Below, piece by piece: positions 53,595-64,000 of a DNA stretch of 64,000 bases; position 1 is the stretch's first letter; each line of letters opens with the position of its first letter. The notes under the pieces are model-generated. The model did no database searches and was not told the origin of the DNA. It was given only the letters and a program-made list of their open reading frames with translations. This stretch comes from Rebecca billardiae RCC1528 (taxonomy: Eukaryota > Protista > Haptophyta): positions 558,001 through 622,000 of the forward strand of contig OZ251233.1 of assembly GCA_965240325.2 (NCBI GenBank). Direction: 5' to 3'. Both the position numbers and the translations under genes were made by a program.

Positions 53595-54659
53595 GGCTGC
53601 TGCGCGAGCGGCACCCTTGCGTGACTTGGCGTGACCACTCTCCCCGCTTGAAAAGTCGCTGCTGCTTGAACTCTCAACTCTGCTAAGTAGTTCTTCAGAT
53701 TCGTCAAACCGGACGAGTCAGGTTGTCCCGCGCGAGCGCGGTCTCGCCGGCGCTCGGGCCGCTTCCACCCGGGCGATGGTGACGATCTGTCTCGCGCGAC
53801 AGCCTGCTAGGTGAGAATCCCCGCTTGACGCATGTGCGACCTTGCCAGCAGTCGCTCGGACGACCGCGCGCTCGCATACTGATGTGAGGCACGACGGTGG
53901 CCGGCATGGCAGCGTGCTCGGAACTCTTTTGCGCAGCCAACCATTACCCTGCAGTGGCTGTGGCTGTAGGTGGGCTCAGAATGGCGGAGGCTCCTGTGAG
54001 ATCCTTTCTCGAGCCTTTCTCACGACCCCGTCTGCCGCCTCTGCGAGCGAGTCGAGCCGAACTGACCATCGTCGCAACCGCTTTGGGCCGCGCGCGTGTG
54101 CTGCGAGCAGTCCTGTCGGGCCGGACCACGCAGTCCGGTCCTACGTAGCGAAGCCTGATGCCCCAATTGTCACTTGTAATGTGGGCCTGTGGATGGTACT
54201 CCGAGTGCAAACCGCTTCGGGGCGCTCCTTCATCGCCAGCGCCTACTCAGCAGCAGCAGCCTACTGCTACGGGGGCGTGGGCACGGGAGACGCGGACTCG
54301 GCGCCGCGGTCGGTCCGTATTCAGCCGTACTGGCTTTAGGCTTACCCGCTTACTCTTCCTCCGCCGCGGTGCGGTGCGGCCCAACGGCAGACCGTCAGGA
54401 GAGCCGCGCGGGCGCTACTGAGTCACTCATAGTCATAACTAATAGGCGGAGACCGCAGTGACGACTGTAGTCGCGTTTCTGAGACTGTTGAGTGTTGTCT
54501 GTTGAGATCATAGTCATGAGTGATGACGAATCGTGTTGACCGATTGACGACATCATGATCATAGTAGACATATAGTTGAGTCGTCCGAGTCACCGAGACG
54601 CAATATAAAGTCCCGCCTCCCGGGCCCGCCGTCCGGCCGCGAGACCAGATTCGTCAACT

Positions 54660-55878
54660 TCAAGCCCCGCCGGTAGAGGAGTCGTCTGGCGCTCCGGCGC
54701 CGCCGTCCAGGCCTTGCGTGAGGAGCGCCTTCACGCTCAGGTTGGGCCGCGAGGACGCCGACTTGAGCTTGCCGAACGAGCGCTCCGCCCCGCCAAGCGG
54801 CGGCGGCACGGCGACCGGCTGCGCGCCGCCCTCCGCGGCCGCGGCTGTCTCGTCCGTCAGCTGCGCGCCCGCAGGCGCGGCCGCGGCGGCGTCCACCGCG
54901 CGCACGTGGCCGCCGGTCGCGTCGGCCGGGGGCGCGCCGCCCGCGCTCGCGGCACCGGCCCCCGCGCCAAGCTCCCTGGATGCGCGCCGCAGCTCGGCCA
55001 CGCTGATGGGAATCTTGGGCCGAGTCGGCGCGCGCGAGAGCGCGGCTGGGCGGGGCGGGGCGAGCTCGCTGTCCGCCGCCGCGGCGGGCGCGGCGTGCGC
55101 GCCCATCGGCTGCGCCCCCGCCTCGCCCTCCGCGGCCGCGGTGGCATCGGCCGCGTCAGCCTGCGCCGCGGGCGCCCCGGCGGCGGCGGCGCTTGGCGGC
55201 GCGGGCGCTCCCGCGTCCGCGCCGCCATCGGCCGCGCGTGCTTGCTGGGTGTCGGTGCGCGCGCCGTCGTCGTCGGCGCCGTCTGCGCGCGCACCGGCCG
55301 TCAGCAGCGCGCGCGCGGCCTCGGCGTGCGCTGGGGCGGCGGCGGCGGCGGTGGCGGCCGGCGGCGGCGGTGCGTCAGACACCAAAGGCCGCTCCGCCGC
55401 CGAAGGCGACTGCGCACGCGCCGTGCCCGCCACGGCCGCGGCCGTGGGCGGCGGCGGCGCGCCGGCGGGCGGCGGGGCGGCAGCCAGCTGAGGCGCAGCG
55501 TCGGCGGACGGTGGCGCCGCCGCCGCGTCGGCGGCGGCCACTGCTGGCGCGGCGGCGGCGGCGGCGGGCGGCGGCGGCGGGCTCGGCTGTGCGGCGTGGG
55601 CGGCGGCGGGCGCTGGCGTGGGCCGCGCGGCCGGCGCGGGCGCCTCAGCGGCAGCACCGCCCGCGGGCGGCGCCGCCGGCTGCGGCGCCGCAGGCTGCAG
55701 CGGCGCGCCCCAGGCCGCGCCCTCCGCCGCACTCGGGGCGGCGGCGGCGGCGGCGTGTGAGGCGGCGGCGGCGGCGATGGCTGCGGCGGCGGCGGGCGCG
55801 AGCATGTCGGCCGCGAAGCTGACGCTACGCGCCGAGCGCTCGGAGCGTGCGAAGCTGCTGCTCACATTGTCACCACCA

Positions 55879-55921
<43 letters not shown>

Positions 55922-58900
55922 CGCCCTTGCTCAGTCGGCGTGCGGCGCCGCCCTCGGCCGAGCCCGCCCGAGCCACGGGGCCGTGGGCGGCGGGCGGGGC
56001 GGCCGCGCCCGCGCCGCGCAGCGCCGACGGTAGCAGCGGCCCCGATGCCGCCGCGCGCGCCACCGGCGGCAGCGGCTGCGTCTGCCACGGTCGCTGCGGC
56101 GCGGCGCGGCGGTCGCTCAGCCGCGCGGCGGCGGCAGCGCCCGCGCCGGCGGGCGGCAGCGGCGTGCGCGCCAGATACGGGTTGTCACGCGCGCCGGAGA
56201 CGGCGGCGCTCTGCCGGCGGGGCGCGGGGCGCGGCGCCGCGCCGCCGCCGCGCTCGCCGCCCACCTCCACCACGATCGGCCCGTACTGCCGCAGCTGCGG
56301 CGGCGGCGCCGCCGCCGCCGCGGCCTGGCGGCGCGCGCGCGGTGCCGAGCGCGAGCGCGGCACGGGCGCCGAGCGAGGCTGCGCGCGCGCGCGCACGCCG
56401 TACGCGGCGTGCGCGCGTGGCGGCGGCGGCGGCGGCGGCGTGGCGCGCGGCGGCGGGCGCGCGCGCGAGCGCGGCTGCGAGGCCGCGCGGTGCGCGCCGC
56501 GCTCGCGCGCCGAGCGCGCGAGCGCCTCTGCGCGCGCGCCGCCGGCCCGCGGCGGCGCGCGGCCGGCGGTGCCGGCGCCGCGGCCGCGCGGCGCCGCCGC
56601 CGCCGCGCTGCCGGCGGCGCGTCCGCGCGGCATCGGCCGCGGGGGCACGGAGGCGGCGCGCGCGCGCGCGCGCGCCGCGGCGGCCGCGTGCTCCATGCCC
56701 GAGCGCGCCGCGCCGGGCGCGCGCGGCGGCGCGCGCGCGCGCGCGCTCGGCCGCGGCTGCGAGGCGGCGCGGCCGCCGCCCGCCGCGCGCCGCTCGGCCG
56801 CGCGCGCGCGCGCGCCGCCCGGCGGCCGCGCGCGCGGCGGCGCCTGCGCGCGCGCGCGCTCGGCCAGCGCCGCGAGCCTCGCGAGGTCCATCGGGTGCTC
56901 GCGCCCCGTCGCGCCGCGCACGCGCAGCACGCTCGCGGACTCGGCGAGCCCACGCGCCTCCGCCGGCGCGCGCCTGCTCCAGTGCGTGCGCGCGGCCGCG
57001 CCGCCGCCCGCGCCGCCGTCCGCGCGCCGAGCGGCGGAGGCGGCGCGCGCGGCCGCGCCCGCCGCGGGGCGGCGCGGCGCCGAGGCGAGGCGGCGCGCGG
57101 CGGTGGACGCGGGGCCGCCGCCGCTCGCGCCGCCGCCGCCCCTCGGCGGCTGCCCCGGCGGCGCCGCCTTGGCGCTCCCCGCGGCGGCGGCAGCGCGCGC
57201 GGGCGGCCGCCGCCGTGGCACACTCGTCGAGCGAGCGCGCTCGGCGGCGGCGGGCGACTTGGCGGCGGCGCCGCCGGCGCGGCCGCCGGCGGCGGCCGCC
57301 GCCGCCGACGCCGCCGCCGCGCCGGCGTGCGGCTTCGCGTCCCACGGCCTTGGCGAGCCGGCCGCGCCGCCGCCGCCCGCACGCCGCACCGGCGGCAGCG
57401 CGCTCGGCGTCGCGCCGCTCGGCCTGCGCCCAAAACCGCCGTCCCTCAGCCTGGCTGCGGTGCGCTCGCGCGCGCCCGCGCGCGCCTCGCGCGTGCGCGT
57501 CACGTAGATGGTGGCGCGCTGGCGCATCTGCGCGCGCGGGCTGAGGATGGCGGCGGGGCCGTCGCGCAGCAGCAGCGCGTCGAGCTGCGCGCGCGGCAGC
57601 CGCGGCGCCGCGGCGGCGAGCTGCCGCGAGAGCGCCTCCGCGCGCGCCGACTCGGCGGCAGCGAGGCCGTCGGCCGTTGCGCCGAGCGCGCCCGCGCCGC
57701 CGCCGCCCGCGCCGCCGCCGCCCGCGCCGCCGCCGCGCGGCGCGGCCGAGAGCGCGCCGCTCGCGCCGAGCCGGCCGTCGCGCGCCGCGCCCACGCCCGC
57801 CGCGCCGCCGCCGCCCCCGCCCCGCCTCGCGACCGTGCCGTCGCTCGGCGCGCGCGCCGCCATCCTCATCAGTGTGCGCGGCGTGCGCGGCTGCAGCGAG
57901 AAGTCCGCGCGCAGCTCGTCCATCAGGCCCTGCAGCTCGGGCATCAGCGGGTACGGCGGCGGCTGGGCTGCGGCGGCGGGGTACGGCGGAGGGGAGGGCG
58001 CGCCCTCCGGGGCGGGCGGCGGCGGGTGGCGCGGGGGCGGCGGCGAGGCGCGAGCAGCCGCGGCCGCGCCGGCCGCGCTCGGCGCCACTCGGATGGGCGG
58101 CTGCGCGGCGGCCGCTGGCTGGCGCGGCCGGGCGGCCATGCTGACGGCGGCGTGCGGGGCGCGGGCGTCTTGAGGCGCCACCGCCGCCCCGCCCCCTCCG
58201 CCGCCGCCTGCCGCCAGCTGCTGCAGCTCTGCCCGCGTGGCCTCCTCCTCCGCCGCCAGCTGTGCTTCCAGACGGCTCAGCTCGGCCTGCGCGGCCGCCC
58301 CGCCCCCTCCGCCGCCGCCTGCCGCCAGCTGCTGCAGCTCTGCCCGCGTGGCCTCCTCCTCCGCCGCCAGCTGTGCCTCCAGACGGCTCAGCTCGGCCTG
58401 CGCGGCCGCCCCGTCGGAAGCCATCAGGGAGGCGAGCGAGGCGAGGCGCGCCGCCATCGCCGCGTCGGCGTCCGCGCCGGCCGCGTCCGCGCCGCCGCCG
58501 CCGCCTGCGCTGCCGCCCGCGCGCTCAGCCACAGGGCTGCCGCCGTGCGCGCGCGCGTCCGCACCGCCCTCGTCCTCACGGCCGGTCAGCGCGCCGGGCT
58601 CGGCGGCGGCCGGCGGCGGAGCGGGGCTCGGCGAGTCGGCACCCGCAGCCGCCGGCACAGCCGTCGGCGCGACGGAGGCGCCCTCGGCAGACGTCGGCCC
58701 CTCCCCGCCCTCGTCCACGCGCGCCTCCGACGCGACAGCCGCACCCGCCAGCTCGGCCGCGGCGGCATCCGCCACGCCAGGCTCGGAGTGCCGCGCGGCG
58801 GCCGAGGGGACGGCTGCGGCCGGCGCGGCGGCTGCGCTCGGGGGCGCGGCCGGCGGAGGGAGCGCCACCGGGGCACGTGCCGCCGGGGCATGCGCACCCG

Positions 58901-60941
58901 AGCGCGTCTCCGCTCCAGCCGCCGCCGCTGCGGCCGCCGTGTCGTCCGCCTCCCCCGCCGCCCCACCGCCGCCGCCCCTGCCACCGCCGCCGCCACCCTC
59001 TGAGCGCGCGGGCAGCTCCGGCGGGGCGGCGGGCCAAGCGGCAGGCGCGGCGGCGGCTGGGTGCAAAGGAGCCGGGGTGGAAGGCTCGGCCGCGACGGCA
59101 GGCGGCGCGAGCACGCCTGCCACGCCCTCGGCGTGTGCACCGCCCGCCGCCACCGCCGCCTCCGCCTCCGTGGCCGCATCCGCCGCGGGCACCGGAGGCG
59201 GCGGTGGCGGCGTCTGCGCGCCCGCCTCTGGCGCCGCCGGCGCGTGCGGCGGGGAGGACACGGCCGCGCCGCGCTCGGGCGGCGTGCTGCCACTTCCGGC
59301 CGTCGGCTCCGTCGGCGCCGGCCGCGGCGACTCGCTGCCCGCAGCGCGGCCGTTCTCCGCCGCCACCTCTGCTCCCGCGCGCGGCGCCTCCGCGCCTGCG
59401 CGCCGCTGCTGCGGCGGCGGCACCGCCGCAGCAGCCGAGAGCGCCTCTGCACCCGGCGCGCCAGGCTCGGGCTTGGCCTCCTCGGCGTCCGTCGGCACCG
59501 CGGGCTGCGGAGCCGCCTGCTTGCCCGCCTCGCCCACGCCCGCCTCGCGCGCGGCGTCGGCGCGCGGCGAGCCGGCGGCCGGGGTCGAGCGCCCACTGTG
59601 GCCAGCGCCGCCCAGCGCAGGCCTGGCGGGCGGTGCGGCCGGCACGGCGGCCACGGGAGCCGCGGCGGGCACGGCAGGGGCAGGCCCGCCGAGCGTGCGC
59701 GGCGGCGCGCCCAGAGCCTTGCTGCGCGCCGCGGCGCCCGCTGGGACGCTGCCACCGCCGCCCGCCCCGCCGCTCAGGAGGCGGAGGCTGGGCGCGCGCG
59801 CGGCGCGGTCCGACACGTGCTTGGTCGGAGGCAGCGGCGGCGACGGCCCCGGCTGCTGCTGCTGCGCCGCCGCCGGCGCTGGCGCTGGCGAGTACTCAGG
59901 TAGCTGCGCGAGCGGCGAGCCGACCGCCCCGGCCGAGCGCGCCGCCGCCGCCATGTGCGGCAGCGCGCCGTCCGCCGCCGCGCCGGCCGCGTGCTCGTGC
60001 GGCGCGGAGGGCGAGGCCACGCCGCCCCTCTGCCGAAGCAGCGCCGGGCTGAGTCCTGGCAGCGCCAGTCCGGAGCTGCGCCGGTCGGCCAGCCGCGCGC
60101 CGCGCGAGAAGGAGCCGTCGGCGCTGCCGCCCACGCCGCCCGCCTCCGCGCGGCTGCTCGGCGCGCCGTCGGCACGCAGCAGCGGCGAGGGCTTGGGCGT
60201 CGCGCTCAGCTGCGGGAACACGAGCAAGCTGCCCGGCGCGGGCTGGCCGAGCGCGCGCGCGCCCGCGGGGGCGCGCGACGCGCCGAGGTCGGCGTCGTCG
60301 TCGTCGTCGGCGTCAGCGAGCGAGCCCGAGCGCTTCACGCGCACCATCTCCGCGTTGATCGACTCGACCGCCGCCACCTTCACCAGGCTGATCAGCCGCT
60401 CGTGCGCCGCCCTGTGCGCGCCGACCACCTTGGCGCGGTCGCCCGTGGTCAGCGCCTTGCCCTCGTGGTTGGAGCGGTGCACGTGGTCGACGAGCGCGCG
60501 GAGGGTGGCGTCCGACGCCTTCTGCGTCGCGGGGAGGTGCACGCGCGACCACTCCTCCGCCGGCACGGCGTGCGCCTCCGTGCGCGCCGGCAGGCAGACG
60601 ACCGCGCGGCCGAGGCACACGAGCTGCTCGTGCACGTCCGGCCAGGTGCGGCGCAGCTCGCCCGGCCGCAGGCCCGCGGCCCGCTCGGCCTGCTTGAGCT
60701 GAGCCATCTCGTCCCCCGGCTGCAGGCTGCGTCCGAGCCACCCCTGCGAGAGCCGACTCACGTACGCGGTCGAGCACTCGCCCAGCTCGCGCAGCGCGGC
60801 CGCAATCTCGCCGGGCGTGGGCGGCGACTCCTCGAGAATCTTGGGCTTCCGGCGGCGCGGCACCGGCGGGGGCGATGAGGACGCCTCGGCGCGCGGCGAC
60901 GCGCCGGCGGCCTCGCCCGCACGCGCCGCGTCGGACGGCAT
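54660..60941 (-). CDS. Large Ala/Pro/Arg-rich low-complexity protein of unknown function (2093 aa)
   Basis: Long ATG-initiated ORF bounded by AT-richer intergenic DNA. The N-terminal ~200 aa look helical and globular. A 37-aa coiled-coil unit AAAQAELSRLEAQLAAEEEATRAELQQLAAGGGGGGG is duplicated at ~58184-58410. Hidden in-frame introns cannot be excluded. Confidence 0.7.
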
Positions 60942-61659
60942 CTCCGCTGGCCGTTAAATGTGACGCCACCGAGCCATCTCCGCCATTGGTAGGCTGCGAT
61001 AAGCTTTGGCGATGACACGGCAAGCGGGCGGATGCTGAAACGCGCGATGACGAGGCATCATCATTTCTCTTTTATCCGAAATGAAATGTTTTGGCCGTAT
61101 CCTCTGGGCTTCTTGGCGAGCAACAGCAGCAGTGTTTCTGGTCGCGGACTGGAGAGTCCGCGGTCGTGACAGAAATCAGAATGCGAGCCCAGCGTCATAC
61201 CACGGATCGTGCTGCTGCCTCGGCGACCCTGCTGACCGCCCGCGCCGAGCAGCACTCGGGCAGGCGTGGCGCCGCTGCACACTGACACTGGGCGTACCTG
61301 ACGCCTGTCAATAATGCGACGAAGTCGCCGCCAAGTCACTTGCAGTCCCGGATCACAGACACAGTCAGCTCAGCACGGCAATGACGGGAGCGGTAAGAAG
61401 TCCGACATCTGTGATGAGCGGGAGCGCGCTGACCTCGGCTGCGCCTCTGCCACGAGGACAGCGGGCCGCGCAGCGTGTCGCTGCCCGGTGCAGCCACCCT
61501 GCGAGCGGCAGCTTCACGCCGCCTGCGGCGCGAGCAGTGGCGGCCGCGCAGTGGCCTCGGTGGGCAGCGCGCCACGCCGCCGGCGCCAGCGCGAGGACAT
61601 ACGGCCGCCTCGAGGCGCACGCCGACACGGACGGGCGTGCGCGGCGGGGACTCGTGCGT

Positions 61660-62088
61660 CTACGTGCCGCCGCCCCCCGCGGTGCCCGCTGCGCCCGCGG
61701 TCGCGTCGGTCGCGCCCGCGGCCGTTGTGCTCCTGCCATCGTCCCAGTCCCTCCACGCCTCGCCTTGGATCATCGCCTTGAGCTCGTCGACGATCTCTTC
61801 GTCGCTGTACTTGTTCTCCGAGTTGTTGCGCACGTTGGCCCAGAACTCGATCCACTCGGCGTGCGTGATCGCCTTGTTCGCGTCGTCGTCCACCTCGTTG
61901 AACATGGCGCGCGCGGACATCTTGCCAAATTTGCCCAGCTTCCCGCCCGACCAAAACTTCTCGGCCTCCGAGAGCTCGACCTTGTCGTCCTTGTTGGTGT
62001 CCATCTTGGTGAACAGCGCGTTCACCTGCTCGAGCACCTCCGGGGGCAAATCTGTACTCTTCGCCATCTTCGTGCTCATACAACCCAT
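61660..62088 (-). CDS. Small two-EF-hand calcium-binding protein with an N-terminal dual acylation motif
   Basis: MGCMSTK N-terminus, with EF loops DTNKDDKVELSE and DDDANKAITHAE. Confidence 0.9.
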   Translation of the reverse strand: MGCMSTKMAKSTDLPPEVLEQVNALFTKMDTNKDDKVELSEAEKFWSGGKLGKFGKMSARAMFNEVDDDANKAITHAEWIEFWANVRNNSENKYSDEEIVDELKAMIQGEAWRDWDDGRSTTAAGATDATAGAAGTAGGGGT

Positions 62089-62358
62089 CGACGAGCGGCG
62101 AACACGGCGCGGTGGGCGAGGGGCTCACCGCTGCCCTTTCTCCGGCCCGGTAGCTCTCCAAGCAGAGCGCATTTTGCCTCTCAAGCCAGCGCGGCTGAAA
62201 CAGCGGCGTTGTCCGGATGGTGCAGCCAGAAGGAACCGGACTCTGCCGCGCTGGGCGTCGGGCGCGCGAGGTGCTGTGCGTGCGGTGCGGGCGTTGGTCG
62301 ACCCGCGCAACCGTCGCGCAACACCAGGCCGCGCGAGCAAACGCCTCGCGCCTCGGAG

Positions 62359-64000
62359 ATGGAGGAGTTCTTCGGCGACTTCTTCGAGAAGATCGGCGAG
62401 AAGGACAAGAGCCTCGTCGACGCCCCGCGCGACGTCTTCCAGAAGCAGGTGCCGCCCCCGCGCAACGTGGCGGCCGGCGAGGCCGAGCGCAAGCCCAAGC
62501 CCAAGGCCAAGCCCGCCGCCTCCGCGGCCAAGCCGTCGGCGCAGGGCGGTGGCGGCGAGAAGGCGCGGCAGCGGAAGCACGCGTACGAGTACTTCAACGA
62601 GTGGGACAAGTTCGACGTGGACAAGGAGCTCGCCGCGCTCGACGAGAGCGCGGGCGGCGGCGACGGCTCGGCGAACGCCGACGGCAAGGGCGAGACGGTG
62701 TACGGCCTCGGGCTGGGCGACCTCGACCGGCTGCCGCCGGCGCACCGCGCGCAGATCGCGGCGGACGAGAAGGCCAAGGGCAACGAGTGCTTCCAGGCCA
62801 AGGAGTACGTGCAGGCCATCCGCCACTACACGACGTCGCTGCGGATCGACCAGAGCGCCGCCGCGGTGTACGCAAACCGCTCGCTGGCGTTCATCAAGCT
62901 GCAGCGCTGGCGCCCGGCGGAGACGGACGCGAGCGCGGCGCTCGAGATCCAGGCGGACTACACCAAGGCCCTCCTGCGCCGCGGCATCGCGCGCCTCCGC
63001 CTCGCCAAGCACGAGGAGGCGATCTCCGACTTCCGCGCCGTGCTGAGCCAGGAGGCGGGGCACCGGGAGGCGCACGACTACCTGCGCGCGTGCACCATCG
63101 ACCTGGAGCGCGAGCAGAAGGAGCGGTCGGAGGCGAAGGAGGCCGCGGCGCGGCTCGACGCCGCGGCGAAGCCGTCCAAGCCCGCCACGCGCGGCGCCGC
63201 CGAGCGCCCGCCGCCCGGCAAGCGCGTGATCATCGAGGAGATCTCGAGCTCGGACGAGGAGGCCGAGGCAGAGCAGGCGAGCGGCGACGCGTACGACTCG
63301 GACGCCGAGCAGCCGAGGGAGGGCGCGGGCGGCGGGGCGCGCGGGGCGGCGGCGGAGGCGCTGGGCGCGGAGGCGGCGGCGGCGCGCGCGCGCGCCAAGG
63401 CGATCGCGGACGAGGCCGACGCCTCCGCCCGCGCCGAGGCGGCGCGCGCGCGCGAGAACGAGGCGGAGGGCGTGGCGGCCAACCGGCCGTCCCACGAGCG
63501 CATCCAGGCCGAGGCGGAGTCGAAGGGGTTCCTCGACGCGCTCTCGTCGCTCTCGCTCAGCTCGCTGGGGATGAGCAGCGCGAAGGCCCCCGAGCCCAAG
63601 CCCGAGCCGCCCGCGCAGCCGCCCGCGCCCAAGCCCGCCGCCGCGGCCGAGCCGGCGCGCGGCGCGCCGGGCGAGCGCAGCTTCAGCGCGGCCGGCGCGT
63701 TTGTGGGCGCGCGCGCGGGCTGCGTGTTCAAGAAGGGCGCGCACGGCCTCGGGTACTACGCGGACGAGTGGGCCGCGCGCAGGCACGCCGAGGAGGAGGC
63801 GGCGCGCGCGCGCGCGCCCATGCGCCGCGTGCTCATCGAGGAGGACGACGACGACGACGAGGAGGAGCAGGCGGCGGCAGCGGGCACGGCGCGCGCGCCC
63901 AGCGGCAAGGGCGGCAACGGCGGTGCGGACGCGAGCGCGGACGGCTTCGAGATGGTGTCCAAGCCGAGCACGCCCGACGACGAGGGCAACGTGCGCGCCG
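62359..64000 (+). CDS. RPAP3/SPAG1-like TPR co-chaperone (3'-partial; absent from the ORF track because there is no stop in the window)
   Basis: ATG at 62359 (MEEFFGDFFEK). Motif YEYFNEWDKFDVDKEL. Carboxylate-clamp TPRs EKAKGNECFQAKEY.QAIRHYT, VYANRSLAFIKL and YTKALLRRGIA, followed by RVIIEE/RVLIEE motifs. Confidence 0.85.
   Translation, partial: MEEFFGDFFEKIGEKDKSLVDAPRDVFQKQVPPPRNVAAGEAERKPKPKAKPAASAAKPSAQGGGGEKARQRKHAYEYFNEWDKFDVDKELAALDESAGGGDGSANADGKGETVYGLGLGDLDRLPPAHRAQIAADEKAKGNECFQAKEYVQAIRHYTTSLRIDQSAAAVYANRSLAFIKLQRWRPAETDASAALEIQADYTKALLRRGIARLRLAKHEEAISDFRAVLSQEAGHREAHDYLRACTIDLEREQKERSEAKEAAARLDAAAKPSKPATRGAAERPPPGKRVIIEEISSSDEEAEAEQASGDAYDSDAEQPREGAGGGARGAAAEALGAEAAAARARAKAIADEADASARAEAARARENEAEGVAANRPSHERIQAEAESKGFLDALSSLSLSSLGMSSAKAPEPKPEPPAQPPAPKPAAAAEPARGAPGERSFSAAGAFVGARAGCVFKKGAHGLGYYADEWAARRHAEEEAARARAPMRRVLIEEDDDDDEEEQAAAAGTARAPSGKGGNGGADASADGFEMVSKPSTPDDEGNVRA

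Noticed and set aside
53700-54600. Short ORFs between the formin and the 2093-aa gene
   Set aside because: No recognisable motifs or host-like codon bias; treated as intergenic or UTR sequence.

Overview
Very GC-rich eukaryotic genomic DNA with short GT-AG introns (GTGCG donors, GCAG acceptors). This is compatible with a GC-rich microalga such as a haptophyte, which is an inference only. The window is dominated by two near-identical, convergent copies of a giant polycystin-1/REJ-like receptor gene. The complete copy (41809->22310, six predicted exons, about 6241 aa) reads: signal peptide, 7-blade RCC1 propeller, about 2800-aa Ser-Pro3 stalk, IPT/TIG, REJ, GPS autoproteolysis site, then 5 TM segments with a degenerate EF-hand pair, and no PLAT or channel domain. 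The 9.8-kb spacer between the copies holds nested mobile-element relics and one small secreted two-domain protein. Upstream of the complete copy lies a DIRS-group (Ngaro/PAT-type split direct repeat) retroelement. It keeps an open RT-RNase H frame, lacks a recognisable gag and catalytic tyrosine recombinase, and carries a 38-bp hairpin tandem array. A solo terminal unit of a related family at 19854-20559 shows compensatory changes in the terminal inverted motif. The right third holds a formin with a large insertion inside FH2, a 2093-aa low-complexity protein, an N-acylated EF-hand protein and a 3'-partial RPAP3/SPAG1-like TPR gene. All alignments were done by eye; no searches were run.
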